From Porphyridium purpureum (lineage: Eukaryota), in NCBI GenBank assembly GCA_008690995.1, contig VRMN01000010.1, positions 682,001 to 746,000 of the forward strand: DNA of 64,000 nucleotides, read 5' to 3'. The notes beneath the pieces were generated by a model that was not told where the DNA came from, ran no database searches, and was given only the letters and a program-made list of their open reading frames with translations. The position numbers and the translations under genes are program-made. Numbering within the stretch: the first letter of the stretch is position 1; the number at the start of each line of letters is the position of its first letter. Of the stretch, positions 24,411 to 37,767 are shown in pieces.

Positions 24411-25751
24411 ATGGGAAGAAGTGCGGGCGCCAGCGGCGCCGCATTTGTAGGCACTTTGTCGCACGCGCAGGTACTCTTTAGGTCGGTGTCGAGATCGCCG
24501 GCCCTGCATCCAACATGTCAGCGGAAGAGGGAGGAGGATGGTTCTGCGGCGGTCGCTTGGCGTATTCGGGCTGGATTTGGCCTGGGTAAGCAAAATCGGC
24601 TAGCATTGGTTTCGCGACGCGCGTCGTCAAACGACAGCAGGAGGGGGAATGAATCGGAGCCTTCCTCATCGTCGCAGGGACCACAAGACGCACAGGCCGA
24701 GCCGACTTTCGTCGTCGCCACGCCAATGTCGGCCCAGGAAAAGAATCGAGTAGGCAAGGAGGTGTCACAGGAAATCAAGGAGATCGAGGAGGTCTCGCCG
24801 CGCGTTCTGGTGCGGCTGCTGTCCGTAATATGGATAGGATTTTCACTGTATGCGATCGTTTACCCGCTCCAGCTGCCAGCAGCTGTTCGAGTGCTAAAGG
24901 AAGCACAGTTCGCGCCAGAGCTAGCACCGCTGGTGGCAGGGCTGATTCGCATTTATCTGGGCGCACTTTCGCTCATGTCTGCGCTCGTGTTCAGCGGATT
25001 CGAGCCCAACCATCAGCAGGCTACTGAAGCAAGCTCTGCTTTCATGGCCATGGCGCTCACTCAGATCGCGTACTTTAAGAGACTTTCGTACCCCGCAATT
25101 GCACTGGCAGTCGCCCAGCTTCTGATCGGCATCTACTTCAGTGGAGTCGCGGGCAAGATGCAGAATGACAAGTCACCGCCAGACTTTTTGCGCGAATTTT
25201 TGCAGGCAATGGAAAATCCAGACTCCAAGCGCCTTCGCCCGTCGGCGGGTGCTGAAGCCAAGCCTGTAGCAGCGAAACCTGCGGATCCATCCGAAAACGC
25301 GTCTCGCACAATCTCGTTCTTGTTCGTTGCGCTGACCATCTTGATGGTGATCATGCCGCAGCGATTTTTGCGATGGACGCTGAGCCCGGCAATGCTGCAG
25401 CTCGCCACGAGCAGCGAGCAGATTCACAAAGGCGTACAAGACCTGGTCCGCAATATTCTCTCCGTCATGGTGATTGCGGCGGGCCGCGTGTTCGCGCCGG
25501 CCGGCCCCCCATCGAGCATACTTGCAGTCCGCGCCGCAAGGGGGCTTTACATTGCAGGAATCGCGCTTCTCATCTTTGCACGGGGACTGGCTGGACAGCC
25601 TCAAATAATTGCTAATACATCAGGCACCTTCTTGGCGGCGTTCTTTTTATGGAGCGCCATGAATTTCAGCGCCCTCAGCGGGAGGCTGAAAAAGCAGGAG
25701 GTGGCAGACTCGGACCCATCGAAAGCCGTGATCGACATTGATGCCAAGTGA
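24411..25751 (+). CDS. Hypothetical multi-pass membrane protein, probably plastid-targeted
   Basis: Long ORF; Ser/Arg-rich N-terminus with AAFV; two blocks of about 4 hydrophobic helices. Confidence 0.75.
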   Translation: MGRSAGASGAAFVGTLSHAQVLFRSVSRSPALHPTCQRKREEDGSAAVAWRIRAGFGLGKQNRLALVSRRASSNDSRRGNESEPSSSSQGPQDAQAEPTFVVATPMSAQEKNRVGKEVSQEIKEIEEVSPRVLVRLLSVIWIGFSLYAIVYPLQLPAAVRVLKEAQFAPELAPLVAGLIRIYLGALSLMSALVFSGFEPNHQQATEASSAFMAMALTQIAYFKRLSYPAIALAVAQLLIGIYFSGVAGKMQNDKSPPDFLREFLQAMENPDSKRLRPSAGAEAKPVAAKPADPSENASRTISFLFVALTILMVIMPQRFLRWTLSPAMLQLATSSEQIHKGVQDLVRNILSVMVIAAGRVFAPAGPPSSILAVRAARGLYIAGIALLIFARGLAGQPQIIANTSGTFLAAFFLWSAMNFSALSGRLKKQEVADSDPSKAVIDIDAK

Positions 25752-26295
25752 CCTGGGCTAGCTTCGACATGCGAATACTTGTATGTGCAAACATATTGGC
25801 CAGGGGCGGCATGCATCTTCACCTTGCCGAGGTGGCAGTGAACGTACTGGTGCCCTCCCGTTTTTGGTCTGTAGAGAATCGTATACTTCGCTGGATGTTT
25901 GCCGAAAGCACGGGTGCGTGCTTAGAGTCAAGTGTAGTTATCTAAAATGTGCCATCGTTTGACTCGCCCACAACCGGGTTCCTCCAAAATGTGAACCTAT
26001 CTCATGACATAAATTCCTTTTCTTTGAGGAACAAAATGAAAAAGGAGAAACATTGTTCCTCATCGTCGTGCATACTCTCTCATCTATGACCTTTCAACCA
26101 GCCTGCGTTACTTCCAAGGGCGCAACGGATCTAATCGGACGGCCACTGCATGTCTAACAGGCGCCGAAGCCGCGGACATGCGCACAAGGTAGACTGCAGG
26201 ATGCTTATTTGTGACCGCCGGGCCAGTTGCCTGACCGGGCATCCCTGTCTCAGCACCGAACCAGGGCAGCATCGCATACGATCTTCCATCCACCT

Positions 26296-26589
26296 TCAGT
26301 GGCCGCCTTGCTGGTAAACCATGGCGTCGATGCAGTCCATATCCTCCATATCGAGCGAGTCTGGCGTGTCAGACGGTGAAATGCGGTTGCCATCAAAGTT
26401 GAAACGATACGTGTTTTCGTCCACGCCGAGACGGGACGCGTATGCGCTCATGAGCTTGGACATTGGCGTGGTGCGCTTGATCTTGAACTGGACCTCGTTT
26501 CCATCCGAGTCCTTCACCTTGATGTTGAGCTGCTTGTCCTCGCCCTCCGCCTTGGCCTGGCCCTCCGGCTTTGCCGGCTTCTCATCCAT
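26296..26589 (-). CDS. SMT3: SUMO (small ubiquitin-like modifier)
   Basis: QLNIKVKDSDGNEVQFKIKRTTPMSKLMSAY...FNFDGNRI...TPDSLDMEDMDCIDAMVYQQGG-H. Confidence 0.96.
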   Translation of the reverse strand: MDEKPAKPEGQAKAEGEDKQLNIKVKDSDGNEVQFKIKRTTPMSKLMSAYASRLGVDENTYRFNFDGNRISPSDTPDSLDMEDMDCIDAMVYQQGGH

Positions 26590-27062
26590 GCCACGGACTC
26601 CCCTCCGCCACACGTGTCCGCGCACCCCCGAGACTCCGTGCGAAAGCTCTCCCTCACCGCGCGCTTGCACCCAGCCCCTCCCACGTGCCGCGCGCCGCGT
26701 CGCTCTGCTCCAACCACGCGCCTTCCGCCCCCACCTCCCCACTCCACCATCAGCACGCGCCGCTCCAGCACGTCACAAGGCAGGGCCCCCACGCCGCTGT
26801 ACCCCCACCGCGCACGTCGGTACAGCGCCGCGCCCTTCGCGCCAAAACACGCGCGCCGCCGCAGGCATTATTTATATGCGTGCTCGCTCATTAAATTAAT
26901 ACAGCGCTGTACCCCGCGCGGTACTGGAACGTTCCGCGCGGGTCCACGATCTGCGCGTCTGCGCACACGGCAAGGAGGAAGCATGCAGTACAGCGGGCGG
27001 AAGGCGGTTTGTGGGAACGTTCGCCTTGTCGTCGGCCGCGCGGGCGGGCTGCAAGAGAAGGC

Positions 27063-28892
27063 ATGGCGAGCTTTGGTTTCGTGCCGTCGCACCTTGTGGT
27101 GCTCGCTCCGGCAGGAGACGCGCCTGCGTCCGCGCCAGCGTTGCGCGGTCGCCGCGGCTCGCGCGTGGCTCTGTGTCCGCACGCCGCCAGGGAGCTGCAC
27201 GCGCAATCTGCGCAACCGGTCGACAGCGACGCGCCGGCGGAACGAGGTCCAGAGCACAGACATGCAACAGCTTGGGAGAGAGCCCGCGCCTCCGCGTCCG
27301 GATTCCAGCGGTTTGGCGCAGCGTTCACAGCGGCGCTTCTGCTGGGTGTCGTGGCGGTCTCCCCGTTTCCAAGTCGCACTCGTCCCACGCTGTCAGACGT
27401 GCCGTCAGAGCTACCTTTCGAGTCTCACGTCGGAACGCCTGCACGCGAAACACGTTCTAGAGTGCTCCGGGTGAGCCGGACGCACCGACAGCGTTCTCAG
27501 CGTTCACCCAGGGGAAGCGCGGTGGAGCACCAGTCTGGAACTCGGTCAGCAGACAACGCAGCGGTTGCAGTAGGTTTGCGTGGTGATGAAGCAGGCTCGT
27601 CACTTGCTGCTCGAGAGAAGGATGCGCCCTATACTCAGGCGAGAAGCTGGTTCGATGGATTCAAGCCCCCGCAGCCGCGAGAACCGCCGTCGACGCCATC
27701 ATCACCGCCAAAGCTTCAGATCATACCTTTTGGGAAAAAGCAAGCCCCTGAGACGCCCGAACAAGAGGCAACGCCGGGTGGTTTGGAGTCGATAGGAATG
27801 CAGGCAAAAAAGAAAGCGCGCCAGAACTCTTCATTTGTGACAGCCGCAGTGAATGCGGTTGGACCTTCAGTAGTTCGCATCGACACGGAACGCACAGTGT
27901 CTAGCGTGACCGGGCTGGAGCCACTGCTAGATGATCCGGTTTTCAAGCGCTTCTTTGGCGATGACCTCATGAAGCAGATGCCGCGTGAACGCACGGAACG
28001 CGGCCAGGGCTCTGGCTTCTTCATCACCCGTGACGGGCTTTTGGTGACAAATGCGCACGTCGTGCAAAATGCGGAAAAGGTGACGATTACTCTCACGGAC
28101 GGACGATCGTTCACGGGCGTGGTCAAGGGCACCGATGACTTGCTCGATCTCGCGGTCGTAAAAGTGGATTCGCGCGGCGTGGACTTGCCGGTGGCGCACC
28201 TTGGCGTGAGCAGTGAATTGCAGGTCGGCGATTGGGTCATTGCACTCGGCAATCCCCTCGGTTTAGACAACACGGTGACACTTGGCATTGTGAGCTCGTT
28301 GAATCGCAGCGCCGCAGAAGTAGGCATCCCGGAGAAACGGCTCAACTTTATCCAGACGGACGCTGCCATTAACCCGGGCAATTCAGGTGGCCCACTGGTC
28401 AATGAGTTTGGAGAGGTTGTTGGGATCAACACAGCGATTCGCGCGAACGCGGAAGGCATTGGATTTGCAATCCCAATTGACCGTGCAAAAGATATCACTG
28501 GCGAGCTTGCGCAGGGGAAGAAAATCCAGCATTCATACGTTGGGATTCAAATGGTGAGCCTCACACCTGAATTTGCGCGTCAAAACAACGAGGATCCTAA
28601 CGCACCGGTCATTATTCCAGAGATTGACGGCGCGATTGTCATCAGAGTGCTTCCGAACAGTCCGGCCGCTGAGGCGGGTGTACGTCGATTCGATATCATC
28701 CAGATGGTCGATGGGATCACTGTGAAGAATGCAAAGGATGTGCAGGCGTATGTGGATAAGGCCAAGGTCGGCCAGCTCGTTCAAATTCGTATGGTGCGAG
28801 GCTCCAAGTCTATCGAACTGGCCGTCACCACGGGCGACCTCTCAGAGGCGAAGCAAAAGGATGATCGGGGTCTAAAGGGGCTTGTGCCCTGA
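27063..28892 (+). CDS. degP: Deg/HtrA serine protease with PDZ domain (cyanobacterial HhoA-like), plastid-targeted
   Basis: GSGFF, TNAHVV, DLAVVK, IQTDAAINPGNSGGPL, one PDZ domain; long N-terminal presequence. Confidence 0.93.
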   Translation: MASFGFVPSHLVVLAPAGDAPASAPALRGRRGSRVALCPHAARELHAQSAQPVDSDAPAERGPEHRHATAWERARASASGFQRFGAAFTAALLLGVVAVSPFPSRTRPTLSDVPSELPFESHVGTPARETRSRVLRVSRTHRQRSQRSPRGSAVEHQSGTRSADNAAVAVGLRGDEAGSSLAAREKDAPYTQARSWFDGFKPPQPREPPSTPSSPPKLQIIPFGKKQAPETPEQEATPGGLESIGMQAKKKARQNSSFVTAAVNAVGPSVVRIDTERTVSSVTGLEPLLDDPVFKRFFGDDLMKQMPRERTERGQGSGFFITRDGLLVTNAHVVQNAEKVTITLTDGRSFTGVVKGTDDLLDLAVVKVDSRGVDLPVAHLGVSSELQVGDWVIALGNPLGLDNTVTLGIVSSLNRSAAEVGIPEKRLNFIQTDAAINPGNSGGPLVNEFGEVVGINTAIRANAEGIGFAIPIDRAKDITGELAQGKKIQHSYVGIQMVSLTPEFARQNNEDPNAPVIIPEIDGAIVIRVLPNSPAAEAGVRRFDIIQMVDGITVKNAKDVQAYVDKAKVGQLVQIRMVRGSKSIELAVTTGDLSEAKQKDDRGLKGLVP

Positions 28893-29119
28893 CATACTGA
28901 AGAGCTCGAAAGGTATGAGAATATAGTTTGAGTGTGAAGTATGTTCACTCAGCTCGTCGACACACATTTAAATAAATCCTAGGTACTTCTTTGTTAAGTG
29001 TCTGGTCAGGCCGCCGACGGTTCGGCCCCAAGTGGATTGGGTGAGTTCCCTTCGGACTGCAAAAACTCCTCGACCTGATCCGGTCATTCCGTGTGGTAGT
29101 TTGATGAAGAGCTCGACAT

Positions 29120-30720
29120 GACGAAAGCGGTTCTGCCTCAATGGTTCAAAAAAAAAAAAAGGACAACGTCGCGCCTTGCCGTTTGTGCTTTCAGCTCGAC
29201 GAGCGAATCGTCAGAGTCAAGCGCTTACTTCACACAAAAATCCTGAAACCCCACGCCCACGATGATGATATGAATGGGCAGAGACGCGGTACTAGTTCTG
29301 TCTTGCGTCCTAGCTTGCGTGGCCGATATCATGCCGTCCGCTTTGACGACGAGTGCAAAGCATGTCTTCTTCGTTTGCTTCACCTTCCTGGACGCTAGCA
29401 CTTGGCACGCTTGTTCAGGGTTTTCGAATATGGTAGGTCCGTAAAGCTGCGTAGCACGCTGAGCGCGCCTGGACGCGACCGCGACGCCTTCGAAGCATTC
29501 CAAAGAAAGGGTCCGAGGGCTCGCCCGACGGGGGAAGCAGTGTGAAACATCCCACAACGGGAAAGATTCGGCCCCCCAATCCGCAGCACGGCACTCGCCC
29601 CTCAGATAGGTCGCTTGCGAGCGCCTTGAGCAGAGTTCCGAACACATATTGTCATGGAGATTAGGGCTCGTCGAGCGGCATCGAATCCTCGACTTGGCCG
29701 CCTACGTGTTGCACTGTGCACGCTTCTTCTGGGTTTCATTTGGTGTCTGTGAAGTCAATCGCCGGTACCAGCTGAATCGAGCAGCTACCGCTGAGCCATT
29801 CCAAAAAAGGCGGCTCGCGTGCGATCGTGCACTTGTGCAGGACAAGAAATGGATGGTCTTTTGAAACATCTCCGCACAAAACACCCGCCTTGGCCAAAGT
29901 CTTGAAAGACAAGATCGCCGCCCGTTCCTACCTCACGCAGGCTCGCAACGAATACATCAAAAGTAGTTTCAACAACAGACGATCCGATAAACGTCTTTCC
30001 CACTTTGATCTCGACACGCATATCAGCGTGCTCGCTTGTGTTGCCCAAAAATTGCATTGAGAAAACCTTCAGTTGCAAGCCATCGGCCATCGCCTTGGAA
30101 GAAATGCACAGCCTTGGAGCGGTACAATTGGAAACATCAGGAACCACTTTACCCAATCAGAGGGTGCAATTGCGCGGTCGCACCGCCCAACTACATTCTT
30201 GCTCAGCAAACGCAATCTCAAATTGGGCACGAGCCGTGCCGGTCAGGCTTCAGCGCCATCACCACCTTCCGTGCGCTCCCTTGCACTGACGACCAAGCCA
30301 TTGGCGCGATTCTTTGGTTATATGTTTTGTCTTCTCGTGCACCAAGATGATCGCTATGTTTCAAGGGGAAAGAAATTGTGTGAGCCTCAACTCGAATAAC
30401 GTAAAGCCTTCTTGCTTCTCCATGTCTTCCGTCTCTGTCTCGCGATCGTACGCGTCCACATGGAGCTCCGTGCACCATCCAAACCTACACTCGAACGGAA
30501 CCGACTTGAGAAACTATGCATCCGAGGCGTTCTAAGGCATCTCGGTGAGCCCAAACTGTAGCTACAGATGGAACCCAAGCGAGGCCATCTACTGTGACCC
30601 GGCCACAAAGCGGCATGCAAGTAGTGCGCATCCAGAGGCCACCGCATCAGCTTTGGCACGGCGCATCGAGACCGCTCAAAATGGAAGCGACTTGGGCATG
30701 ACGTGGAGACTCGCGAGCCA
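29120..30720 (-). pseudogene. Copine (C2-C2-vWA) pseudogene
   Basis: Broken frames give FGLTE...FLKSVPFECRFGWCTELHVDAYDRE (C2A), AIDFT, VSHCFP, QLYGPTIF and SLPIHIIIVGVGFQDF...*ALDSDD...ARRDVVLF. Confidence 0.8.
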
Positions 30721-31014
30721 TGTTTCGGCCAAGCGCAGACCCCCGCACGTGTCTTACGGCGCGCCTCGTCCCGCCCATCTCGCGTCCGTGACGATATCGA
30801 GAGCCACAAGGTACTCGCACCCGCAGAACCTCCGCGCTAGTCCATTCGGTGAAACCATGACGGGAATACAACACCTGTCACGCCATTTCACAGCGTCGCC
30901 CGCACCCGTATCCTTCGTGCGCTCGCAAAAATGCCATCAACCATCAAGTACCAGCTGCAGCTGCGAATGTCGTGTTGAGTTCCGTGATCAAGGCTCGGAA
31001 GGTGAGCCTGCTAG

Positions 31015-33600
<2,586 letters not shown>

Positions 33601-33774
33601 ACGGTTCAGCTGGCACAGGCGCGGTCCTTGAAGTCTTCGTGATGTATTTGAAAAGTTAAGACGACATGGGCACGACGAAAGATGCACACCGCGTCCGCAC
33701 ACGACTACTGTACAAGATGCGACAAAACGGGCACGAAACTCCCCACAGAAGACGCTCATGCCTTTGTTTGTGTC

Positions 33775-34290
33775 TCAGTGGCCAGCGCCAGTACCGCTAC
33801 CTCCTCCTAGTGCTGGGTCCTTTGACACAAAGTCGCCAATGGATGGAAGCGGCCCCTCCGAAAGTGGCGCAAAGCCACGTGGTTGCAAAGGTACGTGCTC
33901 GCCCGCGTCGAGAGAAGCAATCCCCGGCAAGGGCTCTGCGAAACTGGGATTCAGAGATGGGTTTGAATACAAAGGCGGCTCCTGCTTGAGCCGCTTGGCT
34001 GGCTGCGCATGCGTTGCCGAGCCTGCCACCGACGATGCCGGTCCCTTGGCGGCTGGAGTTCCATGCGCGGGGCCCTGAACGCCCACCCTCGCCGGAGCGG
34101 CTTGTGCGGGGGCAAGATTTCCGTCAAAGTCAGAGGCCGCGAGGCGCCTAACCCACGTGGCATATAAATCGCCATGCGGCTCGACAATGGACAGCAAGTT
34201 TCTATCCGCGCCGCTTGCTTCGAACTCCTTTCGCGACGCCTCAATCGTCGCCTCGATGACGTGCAGGTACACGTCCCTGGTTCCGTTCAT
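33775..34290 (-). CDS. TFIIA large subunit N-terminal (alpha) domain-like protein
   Basis: TRDVYLHVIEATIEASRKEFEASGADRNLL...LYATWVRRL resembles the Toa1/TFIIA-alpha helices, followed by a Pro/Ala-rich tail. No beta domain. Confidence 0.6.
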   Translation of the reverse strand: MNGTRDVYLHVIEATIEASRKEFEASGADRNLLSIVEPHGDLYATWVRRLAASDFDGNLAPAQAAPARVGVQGPAHGTPAAKGPASSVAGSATHAQPAKRLKQEPPLYSNPSLNPSFAEPLPGIASLDAGEHVPLQPRGFAPLSEGPLPSIGDFVSKDPALGGGSGTGAGH

Positions 34291-35494
34291 CCTGCGCGCA
34301 TGTGGAAGGACGCCGCCCAGCACTTCCCGCCGTCCGCGCCCACCCCGTTGCTCGCGCGCTGCGTCTTGGCCACCTCTTCCCACTCCCGGATCCGCGCACA
34401 GCCCGCTCCGACTGCAAGCTCGCACTCAGCGCGGGCGCGCACTGTACACCCGCGGGAAGAACAGGTACAGCGGCGCCGCCCCGCACAGAGTGCGACGTCC
34501 GAGCGCAGCGGTCCGTGCGGCGCGGTGCGAGGCGCAAACGGGAGCCCGTCGCGCTCGCGCGCTGGCGCGCAGCACCCGCCCGAGTCGCTCTGTCGCCGGC
34601 GCAGTCGTGCGAGCCCATTTCTGCAGGCGATGGGTGCGTATCTGCCGTGAGGGCACGAGCGGCTTGCACGCTCCGACGCCCCACACCGCGGTGGCTACGC
34701 GTGCGGGTGCAGAGCAGAAGTGGCCCTGCGACAGTGAGCTCTCGGCGCACACATGTTGGTGCTACAGAACGTCATCGCGGACACATATCCTTTCACGAAA
34801 TGCTCGCGTGGGATCAAAGCATGGGTGGCTTCAGCGGTGTCTGGGCCAATGCCATGGCGAGATGGAGCCTGGGCCTGCATGTGAACGCAGGGGGAACATG
34901 CTGCTTCGTGGCTGCGCGCAGAGGCGTTCCCGAGGATTTAACATTGAGCACGAGATGCAAATACGGTCGCGTGCGTCTGTGCTCGCAGTCTTCACGGCCA
35001 TGGGATGGCCGGCTGCGCGCGGAAGCGGCAGGACTCCGTGCAGTTGGATGTTATCCCACGGTTTGCGCACGACAGCACCGCCTTCCAATGGGACGCCGCG
35101 TGTCTTGTTGACGCCTTGCGCACGATCCAACCCGCTCGCCAGACGGCCGGCCGTCCGACATCCGCGCGCGCTGCGCGACGCGGCCGTCTCGCGCCATCCA
35201 GCCCGCGCCTCCGCGCCCATGCTCTCTGGCCGCGCGTCCAGCCATCGCCGCGCTGCTGCGAGGACTCGCGCGCACGCCGCGTTCCCTGCATTCGCCCCCG
35301 TTTCTTCCATTTGCCCCCGTTCGAGCACACCATAAACGCTCTTCATAAAACGGGTGCGTTTGAGTACGAAGCACGCAGCGCGAGCGACCAGCCGAAAAAT
35401 CTCCGCGCTCGCCAACGCTTTCTGGGTTGCGCCCATGCGAGACGGGCGTGGCGAGGGAGAGGGCGAGAGCGGCACTGCGCGCGAATTGGGGGCA

Positions 35495-37747
35495 ATGGGC
35501 GCGGCATTGAGCTCGCGCCAGGAGCGCGAACAGCCCGAGGAAGACGAATGGAGCCTGGCGAGCCGCTTCAGCTCGCCCAGCGTGAGCTCGCCGGTGGCGC
35601 GGGAGGCGTCGCTGCCTTCTTCGGAGGCGCTTCCCTCCTCGGCGGCGTCGTCCCCGTCGCGCTTGGGTTTCAGGCGGTGGTCGTGGCATGCAAGGTACGC
35701 TTCCAGGGCAAATGCGGCCGGTTCGTTTGACAGAGCAGCAGCAGCTCCCGAACAGCAGGCCCACACTCAGGGCGCTCGCAGCGCGAGTGCGTCGCTGCCG
35801 TCCTCCGCGTCGATGTTTTCATCAGCGTCGTCTGGCTCGTCGTCGTCTTCCAGAAGGAGGAGAAAGCCGCGTCGCTCCCTGTTCTCACTGCGGCTCGTTG
35901 CGCGCCATTTCAACATGATACCCGGTTCGTCGAGCGAGGAGGACGAGCCTGACCCGCTTGTACCAGGCAACGACTCGTTTCCGCGGTCGGCGGGTCGGCA
36001 TGAGCTAGTGCTCCTGCAATATCCTCCTCCTCTGCCCTACGACCCTTGTGATAAGGTCCGCTCGGACGACCCGCGCATTCCTTTTCCACTTCAAGTTGGA
36101 TCTCCAGGGCACCAGTTTCATGCACCAACATTGCAGGAGCTTTGTCTGTTTGCGATATGTCGCGAAGATCCTGAACTGACCAAGGTGCCCCTGCATTTAA
36201 TGCCTGTCTTGGTTGTACGTGTGCTTCTGAATTTGTTGCTGAGCTCTGAGCGGGCAACACCGGAGGCTCTCGTGAAGATTGCTGCTGCTTCACCTCTAGC
36301 ATTTGAGACGTTGAGAGTTCGAATGTGTAATAGACCAAACATGTCATGGTTGCGCGCTGTACCGAGTCTGAGCGAAACTTTGAAGGAGCTCGACCTGCGC
36401 GGTCTTGTCAGCTTGTCGGACGAAGCGCTTCCCATCCTGGCATCTGCGAGATCCCTTCGGGTCTTAAACCTTTCGTCCTGCATTGGACTCACGTCGTTTG
36501 CGCTACGGGACCTGGCGCTTCTGGAGGAATTGGAGGAATTGTACTTGGAAAATATTCCAGAACTCGACGACTCGGTGCTCGAGCATCTGAGTGCTCTCCC
36601 ACGCTTGAAACGTTTGTCGTTGAGCGGTTGCAACCGAGTGAGCGATGCCGGCGTAAAGTTCCTTAAAAGGTGCTCCAGCCTGACTCATTTGAGCTTGACG
36701 CAGTGCTTCTGCGTCACCGATAAGTCCCTCAAACTCCTTCTTGAGAGCTGTGGTCCGCAGTTTGAAGTTCTCAAATTGACGAGCACGCGCGCTACGCAAG
36801 AGATTGGCGGCGTCTTGCAGACTTGTACAAATCTGAGAGAGCTTCATCTCGGAGGGATCGTTTTGGAAAGAGACGAGGCTTGTGAGTGGCTGGGCTCTTT
36901 GACGAGGCTTGAAAGTCTTTTCCTGGACCGAACTGGTGTGGGCGACCAAGTGCTTGCCACGATTGACTCACTTTTTAATTTACGTGAGCTTTCGGTCGCG
37001 TATACGTCGGTTTCTGACCGCGGCGTCATCAATCATGTCTCGCGGCTTCAAGCACTCGAGGTCCTAGACCTTGAGTATACTTACGTAACGGACAATGCCG
37101 TGGAGTGTGGCCTCCGTAAACTGGTCAACTTGAAAAAGCTGAATCTGGCGGAAACGAGCGTAACCGATGCGGGCTTATCTGGACTACTCCCTTTACATCG
37201 TTTGGAAGAGCTCGACCTCAGCGGCTCTGGAATCTCAGGCACAAGCTGTCCCAACCTGTCGCGCCTCGTCCACCTGCGCCACTTATCTGTTGATGCATCG
37301 AATGTTAATTTTGTTTCACGCCTGAGCGCGCTGACCGAGCTCGAGAGCTTGGACTTGTTTTCGTGCAAGGTGGCAGACTCGGTTGTTCCTGCTCTCAGAA
37401 AGCTGACGAAACTTAAGCGTCTTGAGATTTGTGGCGGGCGACTCACGAATCATGGACTGATGATGATGGCTGGTCTCCATTCACTCGAGTATCTGAATGT
37501 TGCAAATAACCAAGGCGTCTCGAATTCTGGTGTGGCGAGCTTGCACGAAAATCGCAACCTTCGAAATTTGAACCTCGCGGGCACCTCTGTCAGCGACGCT
37601 GTTGTGCCTGCTTTGGAACGCTTTCCGGCGCTCGAGACTTTGTGCATTCGTGGCTGCGATAAGTTGTCAGGCGCTGCGCGACAGAGATTGAGTCGCAACG
37701 AACGCTTTGTGATCGTGGGTGAGAAAATCATGGAATCCGAAATATGA
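35495..37747 (+). CDS. RNI-like leucine-rich repeat protein (FBXL14/At1g15740-like)
   Basis: More than 15 LxxLxLxx repeats; MGAALS N-myristoylation-like start; APTLQELCLFAI BC-box-like motif. Alternative ATG at 35435. Confidence 0.88.
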   Translation: MGAALSSRQEREQPEEDEWSLASRFSSPSVSSPVAREASLPSSEALPSSAASSPSRLGFRRWSWHARYASRANAAGSFDRAAAAPEQQAHTQGARSASASLPSSASMFSSASSGSSSSSRRRRKPRRSLFSLRLVARHFNMIPGSSSEEDEPDPLVPGNDSFPRSAGRHELVLLQYPPPLPYDPCDKVRSDDPRIPFPLQVGSPGHQFHAPTLQELCLFAICREDPELTKVPLHLMPVLVVRVLLNLLLSSERATPEALVKIAAASPLAFETLRVRMCNRPNMSWLRAVPSLSETLKELDLRGLVSLSDEALPILASARSLRVLNLSSCIGLTSFALRDLALLEELEELYLENIPELDDSVLEHLSALPRLKRLSLSGCNRVSDAGVKFLKRCSSLTHLSLTQCFCVTDKSLKLLLESCGPQFEVLKLTSTRATQEIGGVLQTCTNLRELHLGGIVLERDEACEWLGSLTRLESLFLDRTGVGDQVLATIDSLFNLRELSVAYTSVSDRGVINHVSRLQALEVLDLEYTYVTDNAVECGLRKLVNLKKLNLAETSVTDAGLSGLLPLHRLEELDLSGSGISGTSCPNLSRLVHLRHLSVDASNVNFVSRLSALTELESLDLFSCKVADSVVPALRKLTKLKRLEICGGRLTNHGLMMMAGLHSLEYLNVANNQGVSNSGVASLHENRNLRNLNLAGTSVSDAVVPALERFPALETLCIRGCDKLSGAARQRLSRNERFVIVGEKIMESEI

Positions 37748-37767
37748 GAGTGTGTTGAAATTTATAC

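Noticed and set aside
34157..35766. Several 240-390-aa overlapping ORFs
   Set aside because: Arg/Ala-rich, open in many frames because of high GC, and no domain features.
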